Source: Lama guanicoe (lineage: Eukaryota). From it: 64,000 nucleotides of DNA. The translations under genes were made by a program, and so were the position numbers. Location of the stretch: assembly GCA_013239625.1 (NCBI GenBank), contig MU053561.1:3364283-3428282 (forward strand), read 5' to 3'. Below the pieces are notes generated by a model. The model was not told the origin of the DNA and searched no databases. It was given only the letters and a program-made list of their open reading frames with translations. Positions 24,925-36,173 of this stretch are shown piece by piece (position 1 is the first letter of the stretch; each line of letters starts with the position of its first letter).

Positions 24925-25410
24925 GCTCAATATTTATCTAGTACCTGCCATGTGGTAGGTGTCCGTCTAGGGTCCCGGCACAACAGAGAACAAGATAGAG
25001 ATACTTGCCCTCAAGATGAAAATATAAGATACATGTGTATATGTGTATATATACACACATGTATCCATGTATGTGGACACACACGTGTAGAATGGATAAT
25101 GTAACAAAGGGTACGGTAAGTCCCAAGAAGAACAATGAAATAGGACAAGGGACTAGAGAATAAAGGGCTGCTATTTTACACTGAGTGGCCAGGGAAGGCT
25201 TCTCGAAGGAGGGGACATTTGAGTGAGCCCTGACGACAGCTTGGGAAAGCAAATTCCAAGGCCCCTAAAGCAGGAGCAAGCTTGGCCAGGCCCAGGGGCC
25301 AGCAAGGAGGCCCCTGTGGTCATAGCCTGGAAAACAAAAAGGAAGGTGATAGGAGAGGAGTCTGGAAAGACGGCAGGGGCCAGACGGTCCTATAGGGTTT
25401 TGTGAACTGT
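24925..25410 (-). mobile_element. L2 3' fragment
   Basis: CAATATTTATCTAGTACCTGCCATGTG...GGCCAGGGAAGGCTTCTCGAAGGAGGGGACATTTGAG. Confidence 0.7.
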
Positions 25411-26520
25411 GTGAACTGGGGTGAGACTCTAAAATGTGATAACAATGCCTGCCGTCCAGGCTGGTGACTGTTGAACAATTTTATGCAGGTGAACGTGCCA
25501 CAGCCTGTTTCCTGCTATGTCGTCACTAAATGATAGGTCCCTGTTCCCCGAAGCTCACCTCCTCCTTTGGCATCTAGACCCATAAGAAAAGGCGTTTCTT
25601 CTGACTTGGCGCTGGAAAACACCCGCAGAAAATTGAACACCAAAAAGTATATACTTTCGAAGAGACTTAAGGTTTAGGGGAAATAGGTGTTCGTAGGAAA
25701 CACAAAGTAACTTTTAGCAATCTCCAGGAGAGTCAGAAAAATACAAATAAAGAAGAGATGGGAAGAGGCTGCGGTTTTTTTCCAGAAACAAGGGGCTCTT
25801 GGTTACACTGCTTGGCCAGCACCTGCAGGCTGGCGCATTATAAGGTCCCTCAGAGACGCCGCAGAGCCCGGCCAGGAATCGAGCTCATACATCTAAATGC
25901 AACGTCCATCCGTGAATTTGCATGTTCCCTCCGAGTTTTGTGTACTGGCTATTTCTATGTATTCTAGAGTGGTGAGACATCCATAACATGGTCAAGAAAA
26001 AAAGCCCAAGTCAGGGAGATTCCTATCCATTTGCCTGAACTAAGTCATCAGCTAGTCCCATCACCTGAGACCTCGTACCTCCGCCCAGCCAGCGAGCCAG
26101 CCACATATGGACGCAGAACACGAACACGCGTCTGCGTCTATCGGCCCACATGCCGCAGGTCATCTGTACGGTCAGCTCGTTGATAACGTCACATGCAACG
26201 TCAGTTCGTCAGTAAATATTGGTGCAGCACCTGCTATGTGCCAGGCACCCTGTGACCTGCTGGGACCCAGAAATGAGTACCGCAGCCGCAGCCGTACGCT
26301 TTGATAGTGCGGAGACTGACATAAGCACAGAACCGAAGTGGGGGCCCTGACAGGAAAGTGTGGGGTGCCACGGGGTGCAACAGGGAACTCGGCCTAGTTT
26401 TCACACGTACATTTCCCCACACAGAGCGCCGTCTTTGAGAAACTAGTACATTCCAGGTGCCTAGGAATACAACGAGGCCCCTGATCTTAAGGAGCTTATA
26501 ATCTCTCCAGAACTACATGA

Positions 26521-26901
26521 CGATTAACTACCATATATAAAATAGATAAAAACCAGATTTCTTCTGTGTAGCACAGGGAACTATATTCAATATCTTGCAG
26601 TAACTTATAGTGAAAAAGAATACATGTAGGTATGTGTATGACTGCAGCATTGTGCTGTACACCAGAAACCGACACAACATTGTAAACTGACTAGACTACA
26701 TTTAAAAAAAGAAAGAGATACATGATGAGGTTTGAGATTTGCAGATACTAACTACTAAATAGAAAATAGATAAACAGCAAGTTTACACTACATAGCCCAG
26801 GAAACCATATTTAATATCTTATAGTAACTTATAATGAAAAAGAATATGAAAAGGAACATATGCTTGTATATGTATGACTGAAACATTATGCAAAAAATAA
26901 A
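26521..26901 (+). mobile_element. Two tandem cetartiodactyl-type L1 3' ends
   Basis: Motif AAAATAGATAAA...TAGCACAGGGAACTATATTCAATATCTT...TGAAAAAGAATA occurs twice; flanked by AACTACATGA / AACTACACGA. Confidence 0.8.
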
Positions 26902-27239
26902 AACTACACGATATACATGAAATCGTCTTCAAAATCCAGGTGTCTTGTCTGACCTTAAATACAATGATTGTGTCGATACTAGCTTTCAATATCACCTTCC
27001 TGCCACCATCAGCCAGCCATGCCTCTCTCTGTATTCATCTCAGGAAATTCATCATGGGAGAAGGGAACCAGGGGGGCTCTCTTGAGCATTTGTAAACTAG
27101 CAAGATTCTGCATCTTCCGGAGTGTGCGAGTGGAAGAGAGAAGGTTGTCACAGAGGGGCAGGTTATCTGTCATGTTTTCAGAAACAGAATTAAGGGTCCT
27201 CTCCAGTGTAGGACTTCTCCAGTGTGTTGGGGTTCAATT

Positions 27240-28250
27240 CCATTCAACCAGTTTTTGCTGGCCATTCACTTCACGCCAGGTTCTGGCCATACATGTTGTC
27301 AAGAGTGGACCAATGAGATGACAGAGCCAGACAAGTAAACTGGAAATTAAAATGACAGCAACCTAGTGCTAAGTATGGGTTTGCATGGGATGCTAAGGGT
27401 ACACAGGACAGGAAACTGCCTCTAGTCTGGAGGTTCAGGCGCCCTTGAAAATCTTGAAAGATTGGCAGAAGTTAGCTTGAAAGAGAAGGGCATGAAGTTT
27501 GTTCGAGAAAGAGAGAGAGAAAGAGGTAGACTCCTAACATAGGAGCACACAGGGAGAAATGCAGTTGCTCCTGTACTGTTGGAGCAGAGATTGCCTTGGA
27601 GGAGAATGGTGAGGTGGGAGAAGAAACCATGAGAGGTCTTGAAAATAAAGAAAGAAGAATTTCAAGAAGAAAGTCAACATTAAGGGGCTGAGTGGGACAA
27701 GGTCTCCAAAATACCCATGAACTTTGGCAACCAGAAGAGGGCGGATGTTTGGAGAAGCGGCGGGCATGAAGCCAGCTGGCCGTGGGTTTAGAGAGAACAG
27801 GGGGCGAACAAGTGAAGACAGAGGTAAGTGGCTCCTTTAGGAAGTTTGGCTGGGGAAGGACAAAACAAAAACAAGGCAAAAACCGGTTTTTCTAAAATGA
27901 CACATAGGTTCAAACATGTTTAAATGCTGAGAGAGAAGAGCCATGGGAGAAGGAAGAGGCAGCAGAGAACAAGGGCCCTGAGCAAGGATTTCTCGGTAGG
28001 AAGAGTCGTGGAAACCCAGAAACCCGGTCATGAGGGCACCCTGGTGTGTCAGAAGGAAGGAAAGACAGATGCAGATGCAGATAAAGGGGAGAGGTTCCCT
28101 GCATGACGTCCATTTTCTCTGTAGAGTAGAGACAAGGCCATACATTGAGAGTGAGGCAGAGAGGCAGAAGGCAGGGGACTGCAGGGTGACAGACATTGGA
28201 AATGGCCTCTCTAAGGAATGAGGGGCTAGCTAGGCACATGTGTAAAGGTA
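27240..28250 (-). mobile_element. Old L2 fragment(s)
   Basis: Antisense L2 motifs (TTTGGCAACCAGAAG, AGGAAGTTTGGCTG). Confidence 0.5.
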
Positions 28251-30018
28251 GCCGGGCAGTACCAGGACTCAGCTGTGGGTCTGTGAGGCACTGGGGTACC
28301 GTGGGCTCAATTATAAGATGTTCTCCAGTACCTCTCTACCCTCTGGGGTAACAGTGAGGCACTAAGATTAGAATTTGCTGGCAAGATCTGGAGAAGGCTT
28401 AAGATCAAGGGAAGGTGTCTGTGGCTGGCCGTGTTTTTGAGCCTGGGCAGAGAATGGAGGAAGCCAGTTTGGTAGATTAGGACATACTGGACAAGCTCAG
28501 GGACCAGAAGTCTCATCAGGAGTAATGGGAAAAACTTACACAAGGGCTAACTAGACAGAACACGGCAGGCAGAGTGGTTGGGAAATGGTATTCTCAAAGA
28601 GTTCAGTTCTCAAAATGTATCCAGAACTAAGGCTAACCTTCCAGATCTTTCAAGTCCCCTGATGTGAGTCCACAGAACTTGCATGTTAGTAACATAGTGG
28701 TGACTTCTATATATGCATATACATTCTGTTTCCCGAGATAATAAACTAACGAAAGATTCATTACCGTATTGATGCTACAAAATAATTTTTAATGGATAAA
28801 AGCTGGAGAGAATGCGCGTGCACGTGTGTGCATGCATGTGCGCACAATTGAAAAAGTTCACTGTGAATCTCATCTACAAATTATGCTACCATTTGATGTA
28901 GAATTTTCTTCCCAGGCAAGACAAGTTCAGGCACTCCTTAGAAGACACCTGTAATTTCCAACTCATTATTCCTCTTTTGGATCGGTTTTGGCTTCTGAAG
29001 ATGAAAGTCAGAATAAGGAAATACTTTTCTGGGCCTGCAGCCACTAATTCTGGTTTGATTTTCTTTGTCTATCAGTTCTGCTGTAATTCGGACTCTGAGA
29101 ACTGGAAGAGACCTCGGAGGTCATTTTGTCCGGCATCACTCCACAGAAGCCAGAGTGACAAGGAGGCTCTTCTAATGTCGCCTGGGTAGTGAGCAGAAGG
29201 ACTAGCCCTGATGCCCAGGTCCCCTAATTCCTCTTTCTGTCACGCTGTGCTACACCCTCCAACAGAAGTTCCAGGAACAAGACCTACCTTAATTCTCTTT
29301 CTGAATCTAACCATGCCCTCCATTTGGAGCTGATGAAGTAACAAGTCCACAGTCTCTGTTTCTGTGGGCACCCCTGACTGGTCTGGCATCCCACAGGCAC
29401 ACAAGGGCCACACAGCAGGAGCCTGACAGTGATGCAGGGCTTAGCCAGAGCTGCTGGGGGCGAGCCCTGCCGTGGCCAGGCCTGCCCCCAGTACCCTAGC
29501 CACTGGAGTCAAGTGGGAGCCTCTTTCCTGTTAGGTGATGGGCAGCCCCTTCTCCCTGTGTCTCTGGACACACTTCCTGCAGTTGGTTCTTACCAAACAG
29601 GGTCCCAGTGCTATTCAGCAGCCCCAGGAGGGGTTTGTGCCGGGACTTTCTTAGGTTCAGTCCCACATACTTCTTGTCACTCCCGTGGTATAAACCACAA
29701 CCCAGAAACCCCAGGCTGTTTCCCTCCGGCTGTCCAGATCATGGCCTAGCAAGAAGATTCCTTTTTGGGGTGTGGAAAACCAGAGAATGGGGCCTGAGGC
29801 AGCTTTACAGGGAGTGATCTTACAGGAAGAAAGAGGTTCCACCATAGGCAGGGACTTATCGCCAGCCAAATCCCTTAATCCCTTTACCGCCTCTCAGACT
29901 TCAAGAAGCAAGCTAAGATGCCAGTCACATCCTTGAAGCAGCCTTGTCACTAAAGTAATTTCACGGCAAAGCTTTGAAACAAATCTAAGGGGGAAAAGAT
30001 GATCATTTAAGAAGATGG

Positions 30019-30216
30019 CACAGGGGACAGGGGACTACATTCAATACTTTGTAATGGCCTAAAATGAAAAATATGAAAAGGAATACATATGTATAACTGA
30101 ATCACTTTGCTGTACACCAGAAATTAACAGAACATTGTAAACTGACTATACTTCAATAAAAATTATAAAATTAAAAAATAATAAATAAATTCATACCACT
30201 CTGGAAATTAAAAACA
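30019..30216 (+). mobile_element. 5'-truncated L1 3' end
   Basis: TATAACTGAATCACTTTGCTGTACACCAGAAATTAAC...CTATACTTCAATAAAA; flanks AAGAAGATGG / AAGAAGTTGG. Confidence 0.8.
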
Positions 30217-32579
30217 AAGAAGTTGGATCCAGATCCATTCAATCCAAACTTGATCTGGGGTGATGTTTAAGTTTCACTCACTTCCTCTGTTGATGAGGTC
30301 AATGAACAAAGGTGCATTTTTCTTTTTAAAAGACTGCGTTTGTGGGTGTGACAGAGCAAAAGCAGAAATGAATTCTATTAAATTAACCAGGCCCACGCTA
30401 CATGAGCTTGCATCATCTAACCTAACCCTTCCATTGTACTGACCCCGGGAAAGTCATGCCACACTTATGAGTGTGCAGATTCAGTCACTCTGATTAAGCA
30501 GAGTTTATGCAAAAACTGTCATCAGAAGCTCCTTTGAAGGTACCATCCATTTCTGTGGGCCCTCCCCCCTCCAGGGCTTGTCTACGTGTCCATACACACG
30601 TCCACCCCTCCAAACACGGCGTCAGGCTCGCTGTTGTCCCACATCATTTGTTACTATTAATAGCTCAAGTTTGTGAACGATTTACTGTTTCAAATACAAA
30701 TTATTGAGGATTCAAGGTTATTCCCTATAACAACATCAGTCTGACTCACTCAATTGTCCACATGTTTTCCTGAGAGAGAGGTAGGGGGTGTACTAAATAG
30801 CCTACCAGGAATGCCACACTGGCCTGGCCACACCCATGAGTGTGTGGCCTGTGTGAATGTCACCCATGATGAGTGCCACCAGGGAAAAAAGGCTGAGAAC
30901 TTCCTTCCAGACAACAGGAAGTCAGACTTTCAATTCTGAAATTGCATTCAATCTAGTAATCAGCTTTGTTCTTTTTTTTTTTTTTAAAGGGGCAGACATT
31001 GTCTCTGTTTTCCAGGGGTTAATCATTTAAAGGCATGGAGACTTCAGTTCAGTGATAACACACAGATAAGACAACACATCCCCATCTTTTCAGATTAATT
31101 CTTCCGTGAACCAAATGCTTGGGCCCACAGGCGATCTGCAGCGCCCACACGCGGCAGATGCAGTCGGAGCAGCAGCACCGCGGAGCCAGGACCGGTGGGT
31201 CATTGCTGGGTGCAGGGTACTCCACAAGGTTAGCGCCTGTGAGCCTCCTGATAAGCCTTTACAGTGGATGCTATGACTATCCCCGTTTTAAAGAGGAGGA
31301 AACTGGCGTTCAGAAAGTATACATAATACTTTATGTATTATGGGTCCCAGAGTTAGCAAGTCACAGAACAGAGACCCTCACCCAGGCAGTGCCATTCTGA
31401 AGCGCTTGCTCACAACCACTGCACAGCTCTGCCTCCTCCAGGACCAGGCGACTGGGAACGAAGCCCACGCTAACTGCTTGAATGGGGTTCCCTTAGCTGG
31501 AAGTCCTCTCCTCCCCTTGTTAAAACCCTACACATGCACTAAGGCTTTGTCTCCCCTCCTGTTTCTGCGAAACGCCTCTCCCATCAGAGCCAGCACTCCT
31601 CTCTTCTCCTCCAGCACCCTGTTTAAATCTCTGTGTAGCCCTCATGATGCTAAGCATTTGCCTGTCTGCACAGGGAACTTCCTTCTTCTGCCTCTGGAGT
31701 TATGCGCAGGTGAGATAGGACCATCCTTAAGGATACCTCAAATATGGAATTTCTCTCTCACTGAGCAGGCCACAGCTTGGACCTGGACCTGTGTTTGGGG
31801 CACAGCGTTTTGTGCCCAGTGTGTGTTTACGGCGATGTAGAGGGTTTAGCAGAGGAAACATGATTTGGTGTAAAAAAAAAAAGAGTAAGCTAAAACCTCA
31901 GTTCCTTCATTAATAGAGTGACTTTGGGGAAGTCGTTTAATCCCCACGAGCCTCTGCTTCTTCCTTTGTAAAAATGAAGGTAAAACAAAAAAAAAGTAGA
32001 GACAGTACACACATGTCACGCGGTTGTTGGTTAGAGTGAATGAGATGCTGTGGGTCTTCAATGGGTCAGCACGTTTTACATTCGTCTTGCATCAGCTTCA
32101 ATGAGCCTCGAAGACACTTCTGACCACATATGTGCAGTGATACTGTGTAAATGTCCAGGGTACCTAAGACACTGTTCTTCCCTCTGGAAACTTATAAAGA
32201 ATAAAATGATATAATATTTAAGTTGTCACCAAGATAATAATAGGAAAGGTGTCAGGAGCCAAGATACAATAGATGGCCAAATCAATATTATCAGTAATCA
32301 TTCTGATGGAGGTCACAGGAAGGAAACAACATTTCATGCAGGGGTGTCAGGGGAATCTTTCTAGAGAAAGGAGACTCTGAGCTGAGTCTGAAGGATAAGC
32401 ACAAGCCAGAAAACGGAGAAGAGACAGGCTATCTTCCCCCTGTGGAGAGGGGCAAGTAAGCTCAGGCCTGAGGCCTCAGGGCACAGTTCCTATGGGACAG
32501 GAGTCTCAGACTTAAACACTGATGGGGACAGAGTAGGGGATACATGGGGAGAGGGCAGGTGTCAGACCCAGTAGCGCTG

Positions 32580-32820
32580 CAGCCACAGGTTGGACAACAG
32601 CTCCAGAGCATGGCGCTAGGCAAGAAACGGGGACCTGTGATTACCAGATATCCTGATTTTTTTTTCCCATATAAGGTGGAAATCTGGATTTCTATGCAAA
32701 AATCTCACTATTTGGAAATGTTGGTAGTGAATCTGAAAAGTTAAAAAAATTCTCTGCCCGCCAAAGAAAACAGGCAGATGCTGGATTCAACACGTGGAGC
32801 TATTGTTTAGAATTTCTGCG
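32580..32820. mobile_element. hAT-Charlie MER element (MER102-like)
   Basis: GGAAATCTGGATTTC...AAATGTTGG...GCCAAAGAAAACA...GGATTCAACACGTGG; family name tentative. Confidence 0.4.
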
Positions 32821-33733
32821 ACTGAAGATGCTGGGAAGCAGCGAGCAGAAAGATCAAGTCTTTTCTAATGCCAGGCTGAAATATTTGGACTTTTTTCTTT
32901 CAGAAAACAGGGCCACGGGGAAATGCCAGCCAACACCCTTTCCATTTATAGCCCCTCAAGGGGGAAATAATGGGTGATCACTTTGTTTGCTAATTTTTAT
33001 TACCATAAGTTGTCCCTATTTATCTTTTCTTAATGGTTTTACCTAAGACATCAACTTTACTTTTCACTATAATAGTGAACTCTGCTTTGTTTACTTATAA
33101 AGGCATGAAACCCCTAGACCAGTCTCTAACTTTTAGTTCAAATTTTTTTATTTTAAGGGTGGCTCTGGGCCTTAGTAGCTTCATCTGTAAATGGAAAGGC
33201 TTAAATTAGATAACATTTAAGGTCCCTTCAAGTTCTAACATCCTAAGAGCCTATGACTCTATATAGAAGAAATGAAATTAGTTCTTAACTGATGTGTACT
33301 AAAAAATATAGTGATAATTCATATATTTTTTAATCCTGCAGTTTTACCATTTTCAAAATGCTTTCTTATTTACTCTTTTCAATGACTCCACTAAGAGCCT
33401 ATTATCACTCCCATTTTACAGATAAGCAGACTGAGGCTCAGACAGGTTAAGTGCCTTGCTTGTGACCACCCATGCATCAATGGGAGAGCTGGAGTTCCAG
33501 CCTGCGTTCTAACTCTCCATTCTACATTCTATACCCAACATGCCCCTGGCACTGGGGCCTCAAAGAGGACTGAAATATGATAAGTCCCTAAATACTTTTA
33601 TGGGTGATAGTCTTGGGCTCCTGAGGGCATTTTCTGTATCTTTGGAAACAGCCTGGAATCCTTTTTGAATCAAGGTTGGCTGGGCGGGAGGAGATGGGAG
33701 GGGTGCACGGGAGAGACCAGCGCCTGTCCTTAC

Positions 33734-33781
33734 CTTATTCAGTAGGCAATCTTCTAAGTTTTCTTCAGTCAGGGATTTCAT
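33734..33781 (-). CDS. MAB21L3: MAB21L3 coding exon 1 (MKSLTEENLEDCLLNK)
   Basis: ATG in context GAAGCCATGA at 33779-33781; donor AAG|GTAAGG at 33733; phase 0. Confidence 0.93.
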
Positions 33782-33979
33782 GGCTTCTTGGTCCGTCCTG
33801 AGCAGGACAGCAACGTGCTGGTTTTCTCCCCGTAGAAGCCGCACTTGTGGGTAGCTTTCCCAGTGATGCTGGTCTCTGGGTGCTGAATTTCTCCAGGAAT
33901 GTGTACGTGGACCAGAGACTTGACTTCTTAATTCTTCACTCCAGTTTTCATTTCCAAATTGCGAGTATCCATCTTTCAT
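33782..33979 (-). other. MAB21L3: 5' part of the ATG-containing exon (5' UTR or N-terminal extension)
   Basis: Acceptor TTGTTTTCTTTTCTTAATTTCCCAAAG| with AG at 33980-33981; the exon would begin with an in-frame ATG and stays open to the main ATG. Confidence 0.6.
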
Positions 33980-34415
33980 CTTTGGGAAATTAAGAAAAGA
34001 AAACAATTTAAGGAGAGTTGTTGAATCTAATTTGAGTCCCACTCAGTTTTATCTATTTAGTTGTACTGACTGATGCTTTAACCAAAGGGCTATTTTGCAA
34101 GTTGTATTTCCCACTCAAATACTCAAAGTTCCATTCAAGACAGAAGGTCCCCATCGTTGCTTCTTCCCACCTTTTTATGCTCTTATCTGGACACTAGATG
34201 CACCTCTGAGCTCAGTGCCTCTCATCTCCTTGTTCTTATCCTGTTGCCTATAAATATTTCTTGCCCTCCAATCCAGGAAATCCCGCACTGATTTACTTTC
34301 TTTACAATAAACAAATAGGAAACTGCCAAACCGCCAGCCTGGCCCCCGTCATTCTGCCTACAAACAAATGATCACGTGTGGTTAACCGGATCAGGGCACA
34401 ACGATTTTCTTGTAG

Positions 34416-34417
<2 letters not shown>

Positions 34418-34453
<36 letters not shown>
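34418..34453 (+). repeat. (AC)18 microsatellite in the MAB21L3 5' region
   Basis: Read directly from the sequence. Confidence 0.97.
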
Positions 34454-34454
<1 letters not shown>

Positions 34455-34525
34455 GAAGCATGGACACACAGGCACAAACACACAGGCACACCCAGGAATG
34501 GCAGGACAGGGATCCCACCGCTCAC

Positions 34526-34560
34526 CTGCTGACCTTTAAATACAATCTCCCGCTTCCCAC
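34526..34560 (-). other. Candidate 35-nt non-coding upstream exon
   Basis: Minus strand reads CTTTATTTTTACTGTTAGCTTTCAG|GTGGGAAGCGGGAGATTGTATTTAAAGGTCAGCAG|GTGAGC: good acceptor and consensus donor. Confidence 0.45.
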
Positions 34561-35960
34561 CTGAAAGCTAACAGTAAAAATAAAGTCCCTGTAAACAGGC
34601 CCCTCAAGGAAACGCTCACGTCTGGTTTTGCCAGCAAAACCGTGTTGGAAAACAGCTCAGGCAGCAAATTCCCAGTCTCGCTGGCTGGGGCGAGTTTTAT
34701 TACAGAAAAAAAATAAATCACCATGGCTTGATCTCCCTGAACCTGGTTAAACATCAGAGCCGGCTATCAGATGATCTAAAGAAATTACAGCACTTCTGGG
34801 AGCCTGGGTCCATTCGGGGCAATGTTCCAAAGGCAAGGGTCTTTCCAAACCCACCTCTGAGTGCTGCTCCGAGTGCTCGCAACCGGCAACCGTGTTGGGA
34901 GTCGGGTCTGCTCTGCCTCCTGTAACCACCGTATTTGCATATCTTGACGAGCTCCGCACTTGTCTGAAAGCCACACCGTAGCTCCGGGCTGCCGCGTGCT
35001 CCACCCACCTCCCTGCTCCCCGCCTTGGGTCCAGCTTCCGCAGATCCCCTCCCTGAATCTGCAATCTGATACAAATATTGTAAAGCCAGCCTTCCCTAGT
35101 ACTGCCTCGGCTTTCTATTTTCTTCTATTTGTAATTCACAGTCTCCCTGTTTTGCCATCCAGTGCTCCCGAATATATCAGCGTCTTCCCCCGGCTTTTCT
35201 TAACGCTGCTCAGTTGTTCTCGAGCTACCGGTTTTTCACCGACGGAGCAAGAGCCTCTCCCTCGGAACTTCTCGCGATTCGGAGTTCTCTTATCAACTTC
35301 ACCGAAGCCCCCCTGTCTCTCCCACCTGCTCTTACTTTTGTCCTCGCTTCTGCTTCACTGCAATCATTAACTCGGAAGTCCCCTTCCCACTGTTCTAACG
35401 TAGGCCCTGGACCCCCGTCATCGGATGCACAAACTCGCATGCTTTTGTGCCCGTGGCTGCCCTACCTCCGTTTCGGCGGTACTGCAGCTGGTGGAAACGC
35501 TCAAAGTGGAATTCTCCTCCCGCTCTAGGGTCCAGCGACGCTTCCCAGATGTGAGCAGGGCAAACAATGAGCGGGACCAGCCGAGGAGCCTGGGAGAAGA
35601 AGAAAGGAGCACGTGCTCACGTGGCTTACTACAGTCTAATTTTACCTGGGTGCCGGACCCGGGAAACAAGATATTGTATAAACACAACCAGTTCCCTGCT
35701 CCATTGATGTACTTCCTTACGGGCAAAGGTTCCAAAATGCAGGGCAGTCCCGCAAACACAGCACTCGGACCGGACTGGCAAAGACAAACTTTCTTTGCAG
35801 ATACAGATCTCTGGCTAATTGGATATTGTATCAGCAAATATTTCTTGAGCAACAGACCGCCTAAGGCTCTGTGCTAAGTCAGTGAGAGGGTTCAAAATTG
35901 ACTCAGATTTCCCCCCTTCTTCGGGAAATACATATCCTCATTTCTCATGACTCACATCAA
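34560..35960 (-). promoter_or_regulatory. CpG-rich putative MAB21L3 promoter / 5' region
   Basis: Visibly raised CpG density at about 34860-35780, just upstream of the 5' exons; tandem E-boxes 35610-35623, AP-1 TGACTCA at 35899 and 35948, GRHL-like AACCAGTT at 35686. Confidence 0.5.
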
Positions 35961-36026
35961 ATGCAAAAACAAACTTGCAAACCAGCTTTCGCTCAATTTG
36001 TTGTGAAGACCAAGAAGTTATTTTTT

Positions 36027-36173
36027 TGTTTGTTTGTTTTTTGTAGGGGAGAGGTAATTAGGTTGGTTGGTTGGTTGATTTGTTTGTTTGTTTTTAAATG
36101 GAGGTACCAGGGATTGAACCCAGGACCTCATGCATGCTAAGCACGTACCCTACCATTGAGCTATACCCTCCCT
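36027..36173 (-). mobile_element. vic-1-like SINE with target-site duplication
   Basis: Head closely matches tRNA-Ala(AGC); TSD CCAAGAAGTTATTTTTT (36010-36026) / CCAAGAAATTATTCTTT (36174-36190). Confidence 0.9.

Larger units (their letters stand above)
10288..33781 (-). other. MAB21L3: MAB21L3 gene, CDS span (6 coding exons, 362 aa, Mab-21/cGAS-like nucleotidyltransferase fold)
   Basis: Exon lengths 48+141+292+179+195+234 = 1089 nt. The spliced translation [26 protein letters not shown]...[17 protein letters not shown]...CPLS/GKVSML...[23 protein letters not shown]...[16 protein letters not shown]...RISLP* matches human MAB21L3 (362 aa) as I recall it. Confidence 0.97.

Noticed and set aside
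34747..35877. Cluster of overlapping 100-150 aa ORFs on both strands
   Set aside because: Expected in GC/CpG-rich promoter DNA; no homology or splice-consistent coding structure recognised.
36099..36171. Apparent tRNA-Ala(AGC) gene (and four similar copies)
   Set aside because: Stem mismatches, SINE tail and TSD show these are retroposed SINEs.
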